Shown here: one piece after another, positions 14,101-26,152 of the stretch
Layout of the letters: each line of letters starts with the position of its first letter
How positions within the stretch are numbered: position 1 is the first letter of the stretch
From: Pocillopora damicornis
Lineage: Eukaryota
Reading direction: 5' to 3'
Assembly (NCBI RefSeq): GCF_003704095.1
Contig: NW_020844837.1
Location: 124,001-188,000, forward strand
Length of the DNA: 64,000 nucleotides
The notes under the pieces: model-generated
What the model was told of the DNA's origin: nothing
Seen by the model: only the letters and a program-made list of their open reading frames with translations
The model's database searches: none
Program-made: the position numbers and the translations under genes

Positions 14101-15447
14101 TTATTTTTGTAGACCATTTTTGTTGACTATCTAGACTACTTGATTGCCTTATATCTTTCATTTCTCAATTTTTTTTTTCACTCTTTTACCAAAATGCAAT
14201 TTCTCTTCTTGCTGCACTGACCTTTACATGTATTTTATATTACTTTAAGTAAACTCTGTTCCAGTCATGCAGTATGTGGGACAAGTGAAAAAGCCTGACA
14301 AACGAGGAAAAATCCTGACTAAAACTGAGATAGAGATTTGCTGATTTTTTCTGCTCATCTCGTCTGACCAAGAGCCTTTGCATAGGCTATTCTGATGTCA
14401 ATGTTTGTCTAAATTCACCATTTTAGTGATGCGCACTCAAGGTAGTTTACGTGTTGTCCTCAACACTAAGCTTTGGCCAAGTATGACTCTTGAAAAAGGA
14501 AATGAGAAGAGTTTACGGATAACTGCCATGGACACTGATAAGGACATCAAAATTTACCTCATAATGGTAATTGAGTTTTTCTATGTTATCTTAAGTAAGC
14601 TACAAATCAAACATTAAAAGAAAGTCCAAACTACTTGTTTAGCTGTATCAGGGATGGTTAAAATTATCCTACGAGTGGCTTAATGTATGGTTTATATATG
14701 ATAACTTTTTTTCTTTCCTTTGAAAAATCTCAATTATTTTCACGATTGTATGTTGTCATTTAGACTGCGAGCAGGCTATTCAGAGGCCTCCAGTTGTGAG
14801 CTACACCTACACCAGCATCGGCCTCCGCATTTACGCCCACGCGCGCTCACACCTTCGTGTCTGTCCCCCGCGAAAGAGCCAGCTTGTAATACAGAAGCAT
14901 AAAGCTTCATTTAAACAACTAGCTTGCAATACAGAAGCATAAAGCTCCACTCAAAATAACCAGATGATGTGAATAACTTTTTAAGTTCATTTAAGTGTCA
15001 CCGTTGAAGGGCGAGTCCTAGCTATTAAAATTGTTTAATAAAATGTGGAATCGTTTTGTACGTAACGTTATTGAATGCTGAGCTCTACTCCCAATTAACT
15101 TTCTCCGAAATATCAGCAGACACTTGTACGTTACGTGACTTGTTTGGTTTTTCTCGTAGGCTGCACCGAACGACATCCAGAGGCTATGGACCGCAATTGA
15201 CCGTCGTATCCAAGCATTAAAACGTGGTCAAAACACCCAAGCTAATGAAGAAAGCAGCGTCCAAGGGCCCAGTGCAGATGACGAGGAGGAGACTAGGACC
15301 GAGCCAGATGACGAGATTAAAAGCACTGGACACGAAGACGACGATGAACCTGCTAAAGACCGATGTGAAGTCGTGGATAAAAGCAATAATGATTCGTGTC
15401 CAACGGGGGAGGGAAGGGGGAAAGAAACAGTCGCTAATGATGATTAA
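8161..15447 (+). CDS. RANBP3: Ran-binding protein 3 (about 15 exons)
   Basis: Exons approx. 8161-8173, 8272-8310, 8483-8550, 9275-9352, 10072-10120 (GC donor), 10567-10623, 11133-11222, 11473-11507, 11748-11901, 11997-12060, 12333-12431, 13407-13607, 13911-14034, 14427-14565, 15160-15447. FVFGQNMSDRV FxFG motif. RanBD: TGEEEERNVLQSNCRLFVFD..SWREKGRGILRLND..QSRLVMRTQGSLRVVLNTKLW. Confidence 0.9.
9670..9870. mobile_element. piggyBac-like MITE, degenerate copy
   Basis: ttaaacctgtaactccc ... gggaaaggattaa, with internal similarity to 6714-6926. Confidence 0.6.
14881..14960. repeat. About 40-bp tandem duplication in the last RANBP3 intron
   Basis: agcttg(t/c)aatacagaagcataaagct occurs at 14881 and 14921. 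Confidence 0.7.
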
Positions 15448-16758
15448 ATATTTGTACACGTTCGTGGCTGTCTCGTCCGAAATATCTGTTCCGTTCTGGA
15501 GCCTTCTAGCTTTAATTCAGGACATGAAATTGACCCGTACGCACTGGAAATGCCACCTTGTGCTTTCAATGATCGACAGCGAAACTTTTGTGTTACTAGG
15601 TATTTTGATGTTTCCCGGAAGTCAAGGAGCTGCTACTAAGTTGTTTTTCTTGTTTCCTCTTGTGACCAAGTGGTGTAGTCACGTAACAAGTTGTGGCGTG
15701 ACGTTCACGTAACGGCTGCAAATGAAAAGCCAACAGACACGAGCCAAAGAATTCCTGTCTGTTGGTTTGTGGTACATTGAGCTGACAGTTTTCCGCAGTG
15801 CTAGTTTCATGGTATAATTTCTGCCATCATTAACTGATTGGCGCGTTTGCCTGGTAGTCAATAAAATAGTTTCTTCATATTGCGTTGAAACTTTCTTAAT
15901 TTTTTTAGGTGAGCAGGATCGCACATGTCTTTGAAACATGCGACTTCGAAGAATACAGGGGCTGAATTTCTCGGAATGCTCTTCGATTCCCCCCCTACCC
16001 CCAACCCCCACATCAGTATGCATATTCTCCATACTATTCATTGTATATTGCCTTCAGTGTTGAAAGGAGAGTTTGTTAGACAATGAGTTGTATTTTGAGG
16101 AGAAATTAGATGCTAGTCACTCTTAGGGGTCAATGAATTTACAACTAAACAACCCTTTACATCCATGCAGATAGACAGTGGGATACTCGCGTCAAGATAA
16201 GGAGAAAACTAGGAAAAAATAACTTTTCTTTTGGTTCCATGACATCAAAGTTCACTTTACATAATTCCTCTAAAAGTTCGTCAATTTCTTTCCATCTTCC
16301 TGGACTGCTTTAGCTATTTCTTAGAGCCATTTGTGGTAACTAAATCACTGGCGGCGAATGTGGGTTAGCAACACGACTTACGTTTGTTCGGATGCCATTG
16401 CCTTCAGTATCTTGGCAATTTCGCAAATCTTAACCCTTCAGACAGCTCACTATTTTGTTGTCACTTTCCACCTTTATAGATGCCTTCTGTGCGTTGCGAT
16501 GCAATCGCTCAAGATCAAGCCTTATGCATATTCAATTAGCCCCCATACCACTACAGACAGGCTTTTGCTGTCCAGATAGTTAAAGAGGCCAGGCTACTCA
16601 GCAAGAGAGTATCAAAACAACAAAGTGTATGAGCTTGTGTCGCTGTGGAATAATTTGCACTTGAAAAAAACAAGTCCTTCAGTGAAAAGGAAGCGTCGAA
16701 GAGAATGACACAATCAAAGAGAAGAACAATTTGATATATTGACATATTGCCCGTAGAA

Positions 16759-18117
16759 ATGGGAACGAATACGTCCCACTTTAGGCCCACGGAAGAATTT
16801 TCACTCATCAATCGCGCAGCTGTGCCGCGTTTGTCGGGCAGATCACATCGCTCCTTACCAATCGAAAATCGTCATGGTCATTTGTTTGATGTTGTTATTC
16901 AGCTAAAACATGAAGACAAGGACATATATTCGTGTTTCTTTCCAAGTGACGACGATAGCGTCCTTTTAACCGCGTCCAAAGTAGAACAAACAACTTTTTT
17001 CCGCCATAATCGCGAATTTTCATCGATAAGATTATGGGACCTGAATCAGAAACAAATCAACACTGGGTTTTTGGCTGACTTCCCTCGCTCATTTAGATCC
17101 TGCGATTTTTCGCCCGATGGCCAATTGGTGGTTTGTATTTTTAGCGAAGACTCCCTTGCACTGGTGCGAATGAGATCTTGGAAAACTACCAGTGCTGAAG
17201 TTGTTCACATGCGTAGATTTTGGCGAAAGAGACGAGGAGTACTAATGTGTTGTTCGTTCTCTCCTGATGGTCGATCGCTTGTCGTAGCATCTAAATTGAC
17301 AGGTGATTTAAATCATATCTGTATTATTGACATTGCCAGCAAGAAAATGGTCAGAAAAATGAAATCCGCAACGAACTCAAGCTCAAAGATTCGCGGTCAC
17401 CCGCGATCATGTGTATTTTCGCCTGATGGTTTGTTCTTAGCTGTATCGTGCACCTCTGGACAGCTAATTGTTTTCGACACTCAAGACTTTCATATCCATA
17501 GTAGTCTAGACTTGGATACTTCCACATCATCCACGTGTTTATGCCTTCCATTCCGTCACTCAAGTCGCCGCACGCTTAGTTCTCACTTACAATGTTGGTA
17601 TTTGTTTGATCCTCGCTATGGACATAAGTATTTGACATCATGTCTTGAAGATGGCACCATTCAAACATGGTCTCTTACTGCCGACGATCCTGGTCTTACA
17701 TGTATTCAACTTGCTTATGCATTGCAGACTCCATGGCAGAAAATAAGGTCTGCTGCCTTTTCCCCTGATGGTACAATGTTAGCAGTCGGTACATCAGACT
17801 CCAAGGTCTTGGCACTGAATTCAGAAAGTTTAAGTGTATTGTTTGTCCTCAATGCTCATCTTCAACCAGATGGTCTAAGAACATGGTATCAAAACACAGA
17901 AGTGTCTTGCCTGGCCTTTACAAGAACATGCCAGCAGGTTGCTGCTGGTTATAAAGATGGACGCGTCAGGGTTTGGCAGTTGCCATTAATTTTAAATCTT
18001 CAGCACATGTGTAGATTGGTTGTTATTAATCATGTTCCCGCCCAAGAGATTCCAGAGTTACCTCTTCCAGCACATTTAATCAGATATCTTCTGTTCTCCC
18101 CTCTGAAGCAATTCTGA
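16759..18117 (+). CDS. WD40-repeat and SOCS box protein (WSB-like), single coding exon, about 452 aa
   Basis: Repeated FSPDG WD40 blades, IRLWD and VRVW. C-terminal SOCS box LNLQHMCR...LPLPAHLIRYL. First ATG at 16759. Confidence 0.85.
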   Translation: MGTNTSHFRPTEEFSLINRAAVPRLSGRSHRSLPIENRHGHLFDVVIQLKHEDKDIYSCFFPSDDDSVLLTASKVEQTTFFRHNREFSSIRLWDLNQKQINTGFLADFPRSFRSCDFSPDGQLVVCIFSEDSLALVRMRSWKTTSAEVVHMRRFWRKRRGVLMCCSFSPDGRSLVVASKLTGDLNHICIIDIASKKMVRKMKSATNSSSKIRGHPRSCVFSPDGLFLAVSCTSGQLIVFDTQDFHIHSSLDLDTSTSSTCLCLPFRHSSRRTLSSHLQCWYLFDPRYGHKYLTSCLEDGTIQTWSLTADDPGLTCIQLAYALQTPWQKIRSAAFSPDGTMLAVGTSDSKVLALNSESLSVLFVLNAHLQPDGLRTWYQNTEVSCLAFTRTCQQVAAGYKDGRVRVWQLPLILNLQHMCRLVVINHVPAQEIPELPLPAHLIRYLLFSPLKQF

Positions 18118-19157
18118 CTAATGGATTTCTGGAGAGGGCTACTCAATAAAGTGAGGTTCAATGAGATAGACAGGGAAAAATTGTGGTTATGTCAGTTCTA
18201 CACAGTAAACATTGAAGCAATTTTTTTTTTTAGCTAAATTGTTATTAATGAATATTTGATTTTCTCTCTTGTTGTTAACATTGTCATTCAATTTATCTTT
18301 GGACTAGCATTGTAACATTTGTTGATATTAATATTTAAGGCCATCCTCATTTTTCCATTAACTGTCTTAAATGTTAATTTATCTGTTTGGTGGTGATTGA
18401 AAGGTAGTTAATATGTATAAACTTTTCTAGTGAGATGTGGAAGCAAAAGCTCAGCGAGGGAAAGATTATAGAGAGATGGATCACCATGTAGGATGTTTTT
18501 GTTCCAGTCTTTTAAACCTCAATTGTAACCAGCATCTACTTTCTCGTTACAGTAATACTGCTGAATTGTTCATTTAGATCACGAGAATAAAGGAAAGGAT
18601 TGCCAACTTAAGAAGCTTTGATTGTTAACAAGCTCTCCTTGGCAGTACCAAAGGGAGAGTAAAGACAACAGTATGAAGAATGTAGATACTGATGTGAGGG
18701 TGTTAAAGAGTTCAAGAAAAATATAAATTTGGATTTTCTTTTCTATATTCAAGTGATAAAAACAAGAACTCATTTTCAAGTTCTTGCCTACATTGTGGTC
18801 ATGTCATTGCTTTTAATCTTATGCTAAAATTATTTGGCAGAAGAGCAAATAAACTAAAAGGACAGCCTGATTTTAAGTGATGTTACAACTTCCATCTCTT
18901 GTTTAGAACAGAGAGCAATAAATAAATATCTAGATTCCCCCCAACAAAGCTTTTTGTACAAATGTAAGACATGCTGTAAAAGGTTATATTTTTAAGGAAA
19001 TCTATTTATCAAGTTGTAACTATTTAAATTATTGATTGTTGTAGTACATCTCAGGAAATGCTATTACTCCATGTTTTGGTAAGGTATCTTGATTGTTACC
19101 CTGGATCTCAGGAATCTCTGGGAATAAGTATCAGAATCACTGTAGTTTCATATACCT

Positions 19158-19367
19158 TTAACCCTTTAACCCAAGGGATGACCAGCATCCAATTTTTCCT
19201 TAAAGTATTACTTTGGAATCATTCATTAAGATCATGAGAATAAATTTAATGATTGCCAACCTAAGAAGCTGTGATTGTTAAATAAATTCTCCTTGTCAGT
19301 ACCAAAGGAAATGTATATAGAAGAGTGTGGAGAACATGGGTGCTGATGTTAGGGTGTAAAGGGTTAA
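19158..19367. mobile_element. piggyBac-like MITE
   Basis: TTAACCCTTTAACCC ... GTGTAAAGGGTTAA. Related degenerate copies at about 18512-18712, 30808-31023 and 45137-45330. Confidence 0.7.
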
Positions 19368-20328
19368 TTATGCCACATGACCAGTTACAGTAAATTGAGA
19401 TGTTTATGTACACAGTAAGCTTATCAAAAGGTATAATTCATTCCATAAAAATTGTTTTCATTTTTGTTATGAATCATATGATTAAAAAACACCTTTGATT
19501 GGGTTGAGTGGCAATTAAATTAAAAAATTTAGGAGTTCTTTTAACAACCAAAGAAATTTTGTTAAGTGAATTTGCAATTTCATATCTGTCATTTACCAAA
19601 TTTTGGAATGCATGAAAGAGGCAACACACTGAATCATTTGATAACAAATTGAAATAAACTATAAACTCTAATTTTGTACTCAAATTTGTGATGTCATTTG
19701 ATAACAATTCAAACTGTTTATACTGCATGTTGATTATGAGGAATTATTTATTTCATGCTAAATACAGTAGTAGTACACTTGGAAAATAGATATGTGTAGT
19801 GCATAACTTGTTGACAGAATAAAATGAAGAAAGTTGAAGTAATCTTGAATTTGAAAAGTTTACTTTAGCACTTGTGCAAGTTAATTACGGGACAGGCAAC
19901 CATAGATTTACTTCCTTTTCTTCTTACTAGTACTTTAAGCCATGCTGCTCTCATCAAGCCAACATAATTGCTCCCTATCAAATGATTTTGGGTTATGTTT
20001 GTGCACTGTAGTGTGGCATTTTGTTTAGTGTTTAGTAGTAAAAGCCCCACAGCACTCCCTTAGAGATACAAGAAACTAGATTCAAAAGGGCAGCAAAAAT
20101 TTGGTGAAAATAAAAGCGTTTGATTTTGTTTTAGGGAATATCGGTCTGTGTACTAAGCTTTTTCTCTTTTTTTTTTTTTGCAGTTGGATTATTAAGTCCT
20201 CTTTGATACATTTACATGTCGCGTATATGAAGTAGTAAAGGTTAAAAGTTATTCGATTATTTCGCATTTGGATTTGTAACGAGGCGCTACTGAGCAACTC
20301 TTCTCTGAAAAGATCGTTTCAGTTTTTG

Positions 20329-23300
20329 ATGGCGAGTATCCAAGCAGATCCCTCTTTTGAGGGAAATTTTAACAGGTACATGGATTTTGATTTTACTATA
20401 GCTTGTTTGTTCTACCTTACGTGACGCTGAAATATTCTAATTTCACCAAAAGATTATCAAAATTATTTAATAATATGACACGTGTGTTTCATGGACCTAT
20501 TGGTATTTTCAATTTTGTACATGTACAAAGCTTTTGTCGTCTTGCTCTGAAAATTACAACTGCCTTCGAAATGCATCAAAGTATTTCATCTTTATATTTT
20601 TGTGGTGACTGAGCGCAATCATATTTTTGCAGGCTCAATGTAAGCGATGAACAGTTGAAAAATCGCATGCTTATGGCGGTGCCGAAGAAAGGAAGACTCT
20701 ACGATCAGTGTATTGCGTTACTGGATAGGGCTGGAGTAAAGGTAATTTGAACAAGACTTAACATTTAAAATTTTCTGTATGGTAAAGATTTACGATAAAG
20801 AAACCACACAGAGGGGGGTGGCTAAGTAAATTCTGCTGTTGTGAGGGTGCGGTCACTGAACGCCGTTACAAAATTGGCGGCTCGATTACCATGGAAATCC
20901 CCCCCCTCACTATGCAAATCTTTGAGAACATAAGTTCCACTGAAGGTGAAATCGAAGCCGTCGAAAAATTGAGCAGTGTCGGAAAAAAATTAATTTATTC
21001 ACATCTGGAAAAAATAAGAAAGATATGTATGGAGAACGCAGTGCTATGTCAGAAAGGTATCGATTATGCTTCTTTCTCCTGAAAAACTGTTGATCAGATG
21101 TTTATTGGTAAAGAGGTCAGAACTAAAAAGTTCACAAATTCAGTTGTGTTGTCGAGAGCATTTAATATTAATTCTCTCATTTGTGGTCACTCTAAGGGTT
21201 TATAGGGTTAAGATTCTTAGTTGTGACATTAAATCCAGTCAAATCCATACCTTCCTTTGTATGATCTGACATACCTCTACTTCCTGAAGAACTGCCAATA
21301 CAAGTTCATTAAACAAATCATTTTCTTACAGTATCGCAAAAAAGCACGTTTGGATTTGGCTCTCTGTACTTCACTTAACAGTAAGTCATTGTCAAAACTC
21401 TAGTACTTGCACATCATAGATATGTATTTCATCTCTCATTGCATTTTTTCCATCCTTTCCATTTGCTGCAATATGGCCTGCAAACAACTACCTGCTCCAT
21501 CTAATTGTCATATGTGTGAATAATTTTCTACTCACACATAGATGATAGCAGTACATTCTTAGAGGGTATTGATTCCTACAAGTTCAAGGGATCTGCTTGT
21601 TTAAAGGCAAAATTCTGTTCATCTGTTAAATTCATGCTGCTTGAGGTCATCACAGGTCTAATTATGGTTGTTTTAACTTTTCAGTGGCTCTTGTCTTTCT
21701 CCCAGCATCGGACATCGCTCTCTATGTTAGTCAAGGAAGGTCAGTATCAGGATCTGTAGGGGAGGTTTTGTGAGTTGAGTTATAAGCCCTAAGTACCTTA
21801 CTCCCTAAGACCTCAACATTAATATGAATGTTCTCTATCACATTCTTTATACATTTCTTGTGGTAGTGACAAGTAGGGTTTGTGGTACAATCAAGAGCTT
21901 TGAATCTTTAACTGGGAATGTTTCCCTTCATCTGATTTGTTTGATCGAGAGATAACTGGATGCTAGTACTTTTGAGCCATTGATGGCATAACTCAAGACT
22001 ACATCCCTTGCCTTGTCATTCAAATCTTACTTTAAGATCATTTGATATCTCCCCCTTTCCAATTAATTATAAGGGTCTGTGTATTTGACCCAGCACATGC
22101 ACAGGACTTCTTTGTTCTCTGGCTTTTTTTTCTTGGACAGGACTCACAAATAAATTTGGGGCGTAACATTCATATTTATAGGATGGATTCTAATAGATTT
22201 GTAGCCAAAAGAGGCTTTGTTGTACTATTATCTGCACTCATGGTTGAGGTAATAATGATAGATAACACTGATATTTTTTGTTACTAAAATTTACATTGAT
22301 TCCTTAGAATTGACATGGGAATCACAGGACGAGATGTTGTGGCAGAAAGTGGAGGAAAAGGTAGTAGTATTTGTTGCATAATTTCTTTTAGCCCCTTTTT
22401 TATGTTTTATATCGTATCGATTTTCTCTTCGCTTTTTTAGTTAATTTCAAACAATGTTTCTTAAGCATATTGCTGAATGATTTCAGTTCATGAACTATTG
22501 AACCTTGGATTTGGCAAGTGCAGGCTGGCAGTACAGGCAAGTACTATCATTACAATTAGTTAATTTTAAGTATCCCTTAAAAATAATCAAGTTATTTTGC
22601 ATGGTATACAGGCACCTGTGTCATCCAAAATTTCAAGTGCAGAGGATCTTGTTGGTATGAACATCTTTGTATTTTTTTTTTTTTCAAATCTTAAATATGG
22701 AATACTAAAACAGATTATAAAAATATTATTAACATCATTTTGATCTGTTTTCTTTACAGGAAAAAGAATAGTCACATCCTTTCCAAATGTCACCAGAAAG
22801 TACCTTTCTGTAAGTTCTTCATACTTGAATACCTAATTTTTAATTTTTTAAAATCACTTTTGACATTTTTGTCATCTATCAATATTTGCACCTGCAGCAA
22901 TATGATCCCAACAACACTACCACGATTAACTATGTCAGTGGATCTGTGGAAGTAAGTCAATTATTATTTTAATATAGCTAGAAAAATGCTCATATTTACA
23001 ACTATATAGTGTATAAAAATAAAAGCTAAGTTTTTTGTTTGTCTCACAATGTAGTCACATGTGATTTAGATTGTGATGTTTCGACTGCATACTGCTAGTC
23101 TTCTTCAGGTGGTGAGGTCGACTGGTCATGCATGATCTTATAAAGCATGATGCTCTGCTGTGATTAGTTGTTTTTTCAACAGCTCTGATTGGTGCATTTC
23201 AATCCTTGCTGTTCACTCAGTGATTTGCTCCCTTGGCAGTCTGCTGCTGTACGGCTCTCCTGTCGTTGTGTTTTTTTAACGTGGGCATCCACGCTTCTGG

Positions 23301-26152
23301 AATTTCTATTCCACTATCCCTGTTGATGTTGTTAGGGTGAAGTCTTATATGAATTGCCTCTTTGACCCTGCGCATGTGGTAATAAGGGTCACGATCAATA
23401 AACTTTACTTCGTTCCAGTGTGCATTGAAGATAAAGGAGGGAATATTCATGCCTTAGTTGTAGGTTCATCAAGATATGACAGATACTGATGGAAGTTTGG
23501 AGAGGACCCAAGAAGCTAGAGATATTAAAAATACTCCAAATAAAAAAATACTCTTATGCATCTTTTCCACTCTTCAGATTTCAAGCATGATTCATATCAT
23601 GATTAACACATACAAATGCTATTAGGGAATCAACCTTTTTTTTTTTGTTTTTTTTTGTTGTTGTCAGGTGGCCTGCAGCCTGGGAGTTGCTGATGCTATA
23701 GGTAAGAGTGTCAACTGATGTCGTCCTCACTGCTACATTTAGCCCCGAGCTTAGAACTCACTTTAGAAGAGAAATATTACAATATAGAGGATATTACATG
23801 GCCCTGCAGTGATAGGAAATTTCTCTTCAAGTGTTAAAAAATATTTTGGAGTGAGCAAAGTGAATAAGTGAAATATTTTAGTTTTCAACACCAATGAAAT
23901 AGCAACAGTGATCCTTTCAAGTGTAAAGATATTATATTTTCAGGCAAAAGCTCACCTCGAGTGATCGAGACAGAATTACCCCTCACAAAAACAATACAAT
24001 AGCAAGCAGACAATTGATTAGAATAAAGGAAAATATTAATTTAATGATAATATAATATTTTCTAATACTAAATTCTTCAAACTCAAGTCATAAGAATTGT
24101 ATAGCAGACAGTAAGGAGAATTAATAATGAGATCGTGGAAGTAAAAGGGTCAAAGGTGTATTTATACATGTTGATAAATATATCTGTCTGCAGCAGTAAC
24201 AGGCTAAGTTGATTCATTATTTTATTGACTGGTTTTTTTCTTGTTTTTTTTCTTTTTTAAGTTGATCTTGTTGAAACAGGGGACACAATGAGAGCATGTG
24301 GACTAGAAATAGTATCTGAAATTATGAAGACTGAGGTGTGATAATTGATCCATTTCTGATTAATTTATAACTAATCTTAAGGTATTAATCAGTCAATTGA
24401 CTGATTAATAAATGCATCAATTTATGAAGTATCAGGCCTGAGGCTGACACAGCTCTTTTATTATAATCATAATTAGAAGGGAGGAGAAGATTTTCAGTGG
24501 TTTCTTTCTAGTCCTCTCTACCTTTTGAAAGAGAATGTTCCCTCTGCAGTTTTGTTTCATTTGATCTTGCTTTTGAGGTTCACATAGAAAAGCATCCCTC
24601 AATTTCTGGAGAGGACTGTAATTATAAACTATTTAACAAATGAAATAAATTAATACAGGGTTTCTTTTTGGTTTTGCTCAATATGTAGGCTGTTTTGATT
24701 GCAAACCCTAAAGCCCACTTTCAGGTTAGTAATTACAGATGGTATTAGTCTTAATGTGCACAGTGACTTTGTATAATTAAATGGTATCTAGAAGTTATTA
24801 GCATTGGGTCATGAACATGCAATTCATATAAACTTGCAGCTCCTCTTTTTTAGCTAAAACTCGCCATGTTCAGCGGCAGATTTTGCTGTATTAAATTTGA
24901 AGCACTGTCCATTTGGATCAGAATATTTGTGTGATAAGATTAAGTAGAATGATTTTAACAAGGGTTTTTATTATTTTATATCATAGGATGTTGTTAAGAC
25001 AGTTACATCAAGAATTGAAGGGATCATCCATGCAGACAAGTATGATTATCTAACTTTTTGGAGTCACATTTTGGCTCATTTTCAATTCATAAAATGCAAT
25101 TTAAGGTTCCAAGCATGATTTAAAGTTTTCAATTGTGTTAATTAGATGATCATTTTGACCAGGTATGTGATGGTTGAATACAATGTGGAAAGAGTAAATC
25201 TCCCAAAAGCACTGAAAATAACACCAGGAAAGGTAAGTTACATGTTTAATCACCAGTGAGTAAACTCATCAAAATGTGTTAAAATGTAGCTAAGCAGGAG
25301 ATTAGAAGTTTCTTGTAAATGAATGAAGACCATATGATTAATATTTTTCTTATGATCTGCTTTTTCTCAGAGGTCTGCCACACTCTCTCCTTTGGATCAT
25401 GAGGCCTGGGTAGCTGTTCAATGTATGATTCTTCAAAATGAGGAAAATCAGGTTCTAGACAAACTGAAAGGTTAGTTTTTAACTCATAAAGTAAGGAATA
25501 CCAGTATGTAGTCTCTTCTAGTTGCATGATTTGTAAGATCTCCCAATTGAAAGAAATTACCCTAAAAACCTTACCTTGAAACTCCAAAATCACTCCTAAT
25601 TATTTACTGCTTCTTCATGCTTATTTTACAGTTTCTGGTTTCATTTTCTTACATATTGGGTAAAATTGCAAACAAAGCAGAAGGGGGCATGCCATCAACA
25701 GCATTTCAAAGGGAGGTGGTTCGGTGGCAGATTCAGTAGTGAGGGATGAACTTTGGCCAAAAGAAAAAAAAATTCCTTTTAAATCTTTAGAGGTTAGCAG
25801 TTCTGGGGTCACCATTGTCACCTTGTCATCAACCATATCCATCCCAATCTTTACCTCTCCCTATACAATATCCATACATTATTCAGCAAACAGGTAATGA
25901 GAATATTCAAAGTTATCAGGTAAAAGCTGCTATCTTGATCTAACACCAAGTTATCATAACTAATTTACAAGGAAATGTGTAGCAGCTACAGGGGAGAATT
26001 AACAATAAGATCTTGGGAGTTAAAGGGTTAAACATGCAAGCTGTTTTGCTTATAACACATTATTGATTTAGTAATTGTACTTGTTATTGTCTATTTTAGA
26101 AATTGGTGCCCATGACATAGTGACCTTCACCATTCAGAACTGCCGTGTTTGA
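20329..26152 (+). CDS. hisG: ATP phosphoribosyltransferase, long form (fungal HIS1-like), 16 exons, 309 aa
   Basis: Exons 20329-20375, 20633-20741, 21332-21380, 21685-21739, 22308-22360, 22487-22536, 22612-22654, 22760-22809, 22898-22951, 23668-23701, 24262-24335, 24689-24724, 24987-25039, 25163-25232, 25371-25470 and 26100-26152 sum to 930 nt with consistent phases. Motifs: MAVPKKGRLY, FLPASDIALYVSQGRIDMGITGRD, LGFGKCRLAVQAP, RIVTSFPN, YVSGSVEVACSLGVADAIVDLVETGDTMR, and C-terminus GAHDIVTFTIQNCRV. Confidence 0.93.
23070..23450 (-). mobile_element. Penelope-like retroelement 3' fragment (GIY-YIG C-terminus plus terminal hammerhead motif) in hisG intron 9
   Basis: ORF fragment HWNEVKFIDRDPYYHMRRVKEAIHIRLHPNNINRDSGIEIPEAW. 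Downstream on the minus strand is CTGAAGA-A-GACT..AGTC-GAAAC-ATC at 23108-23075. Confidence 0.8.
25840..26031. mobile_element. piggyBac-like MITE subfamily copy; a second copy at 26366-26559
   Basis: Ends gatcttgggagttaaagggttaa. The internal sequence matches 26366-26559 and the outer element at 47245-47669. Confidence 0.65.

Noticed and set aside
15224-15712. 162-aa ORF
   Set aside because: Alternative frame of the last RANBP3 exon plus 3' UTR.
20329-26152. hisG as bacterial contamination or an operon fragment
   Set aside because: It has fifteen spliceosomal introns, host MITEs inside introns, metazoan flanking genes and no adjacent his genes.
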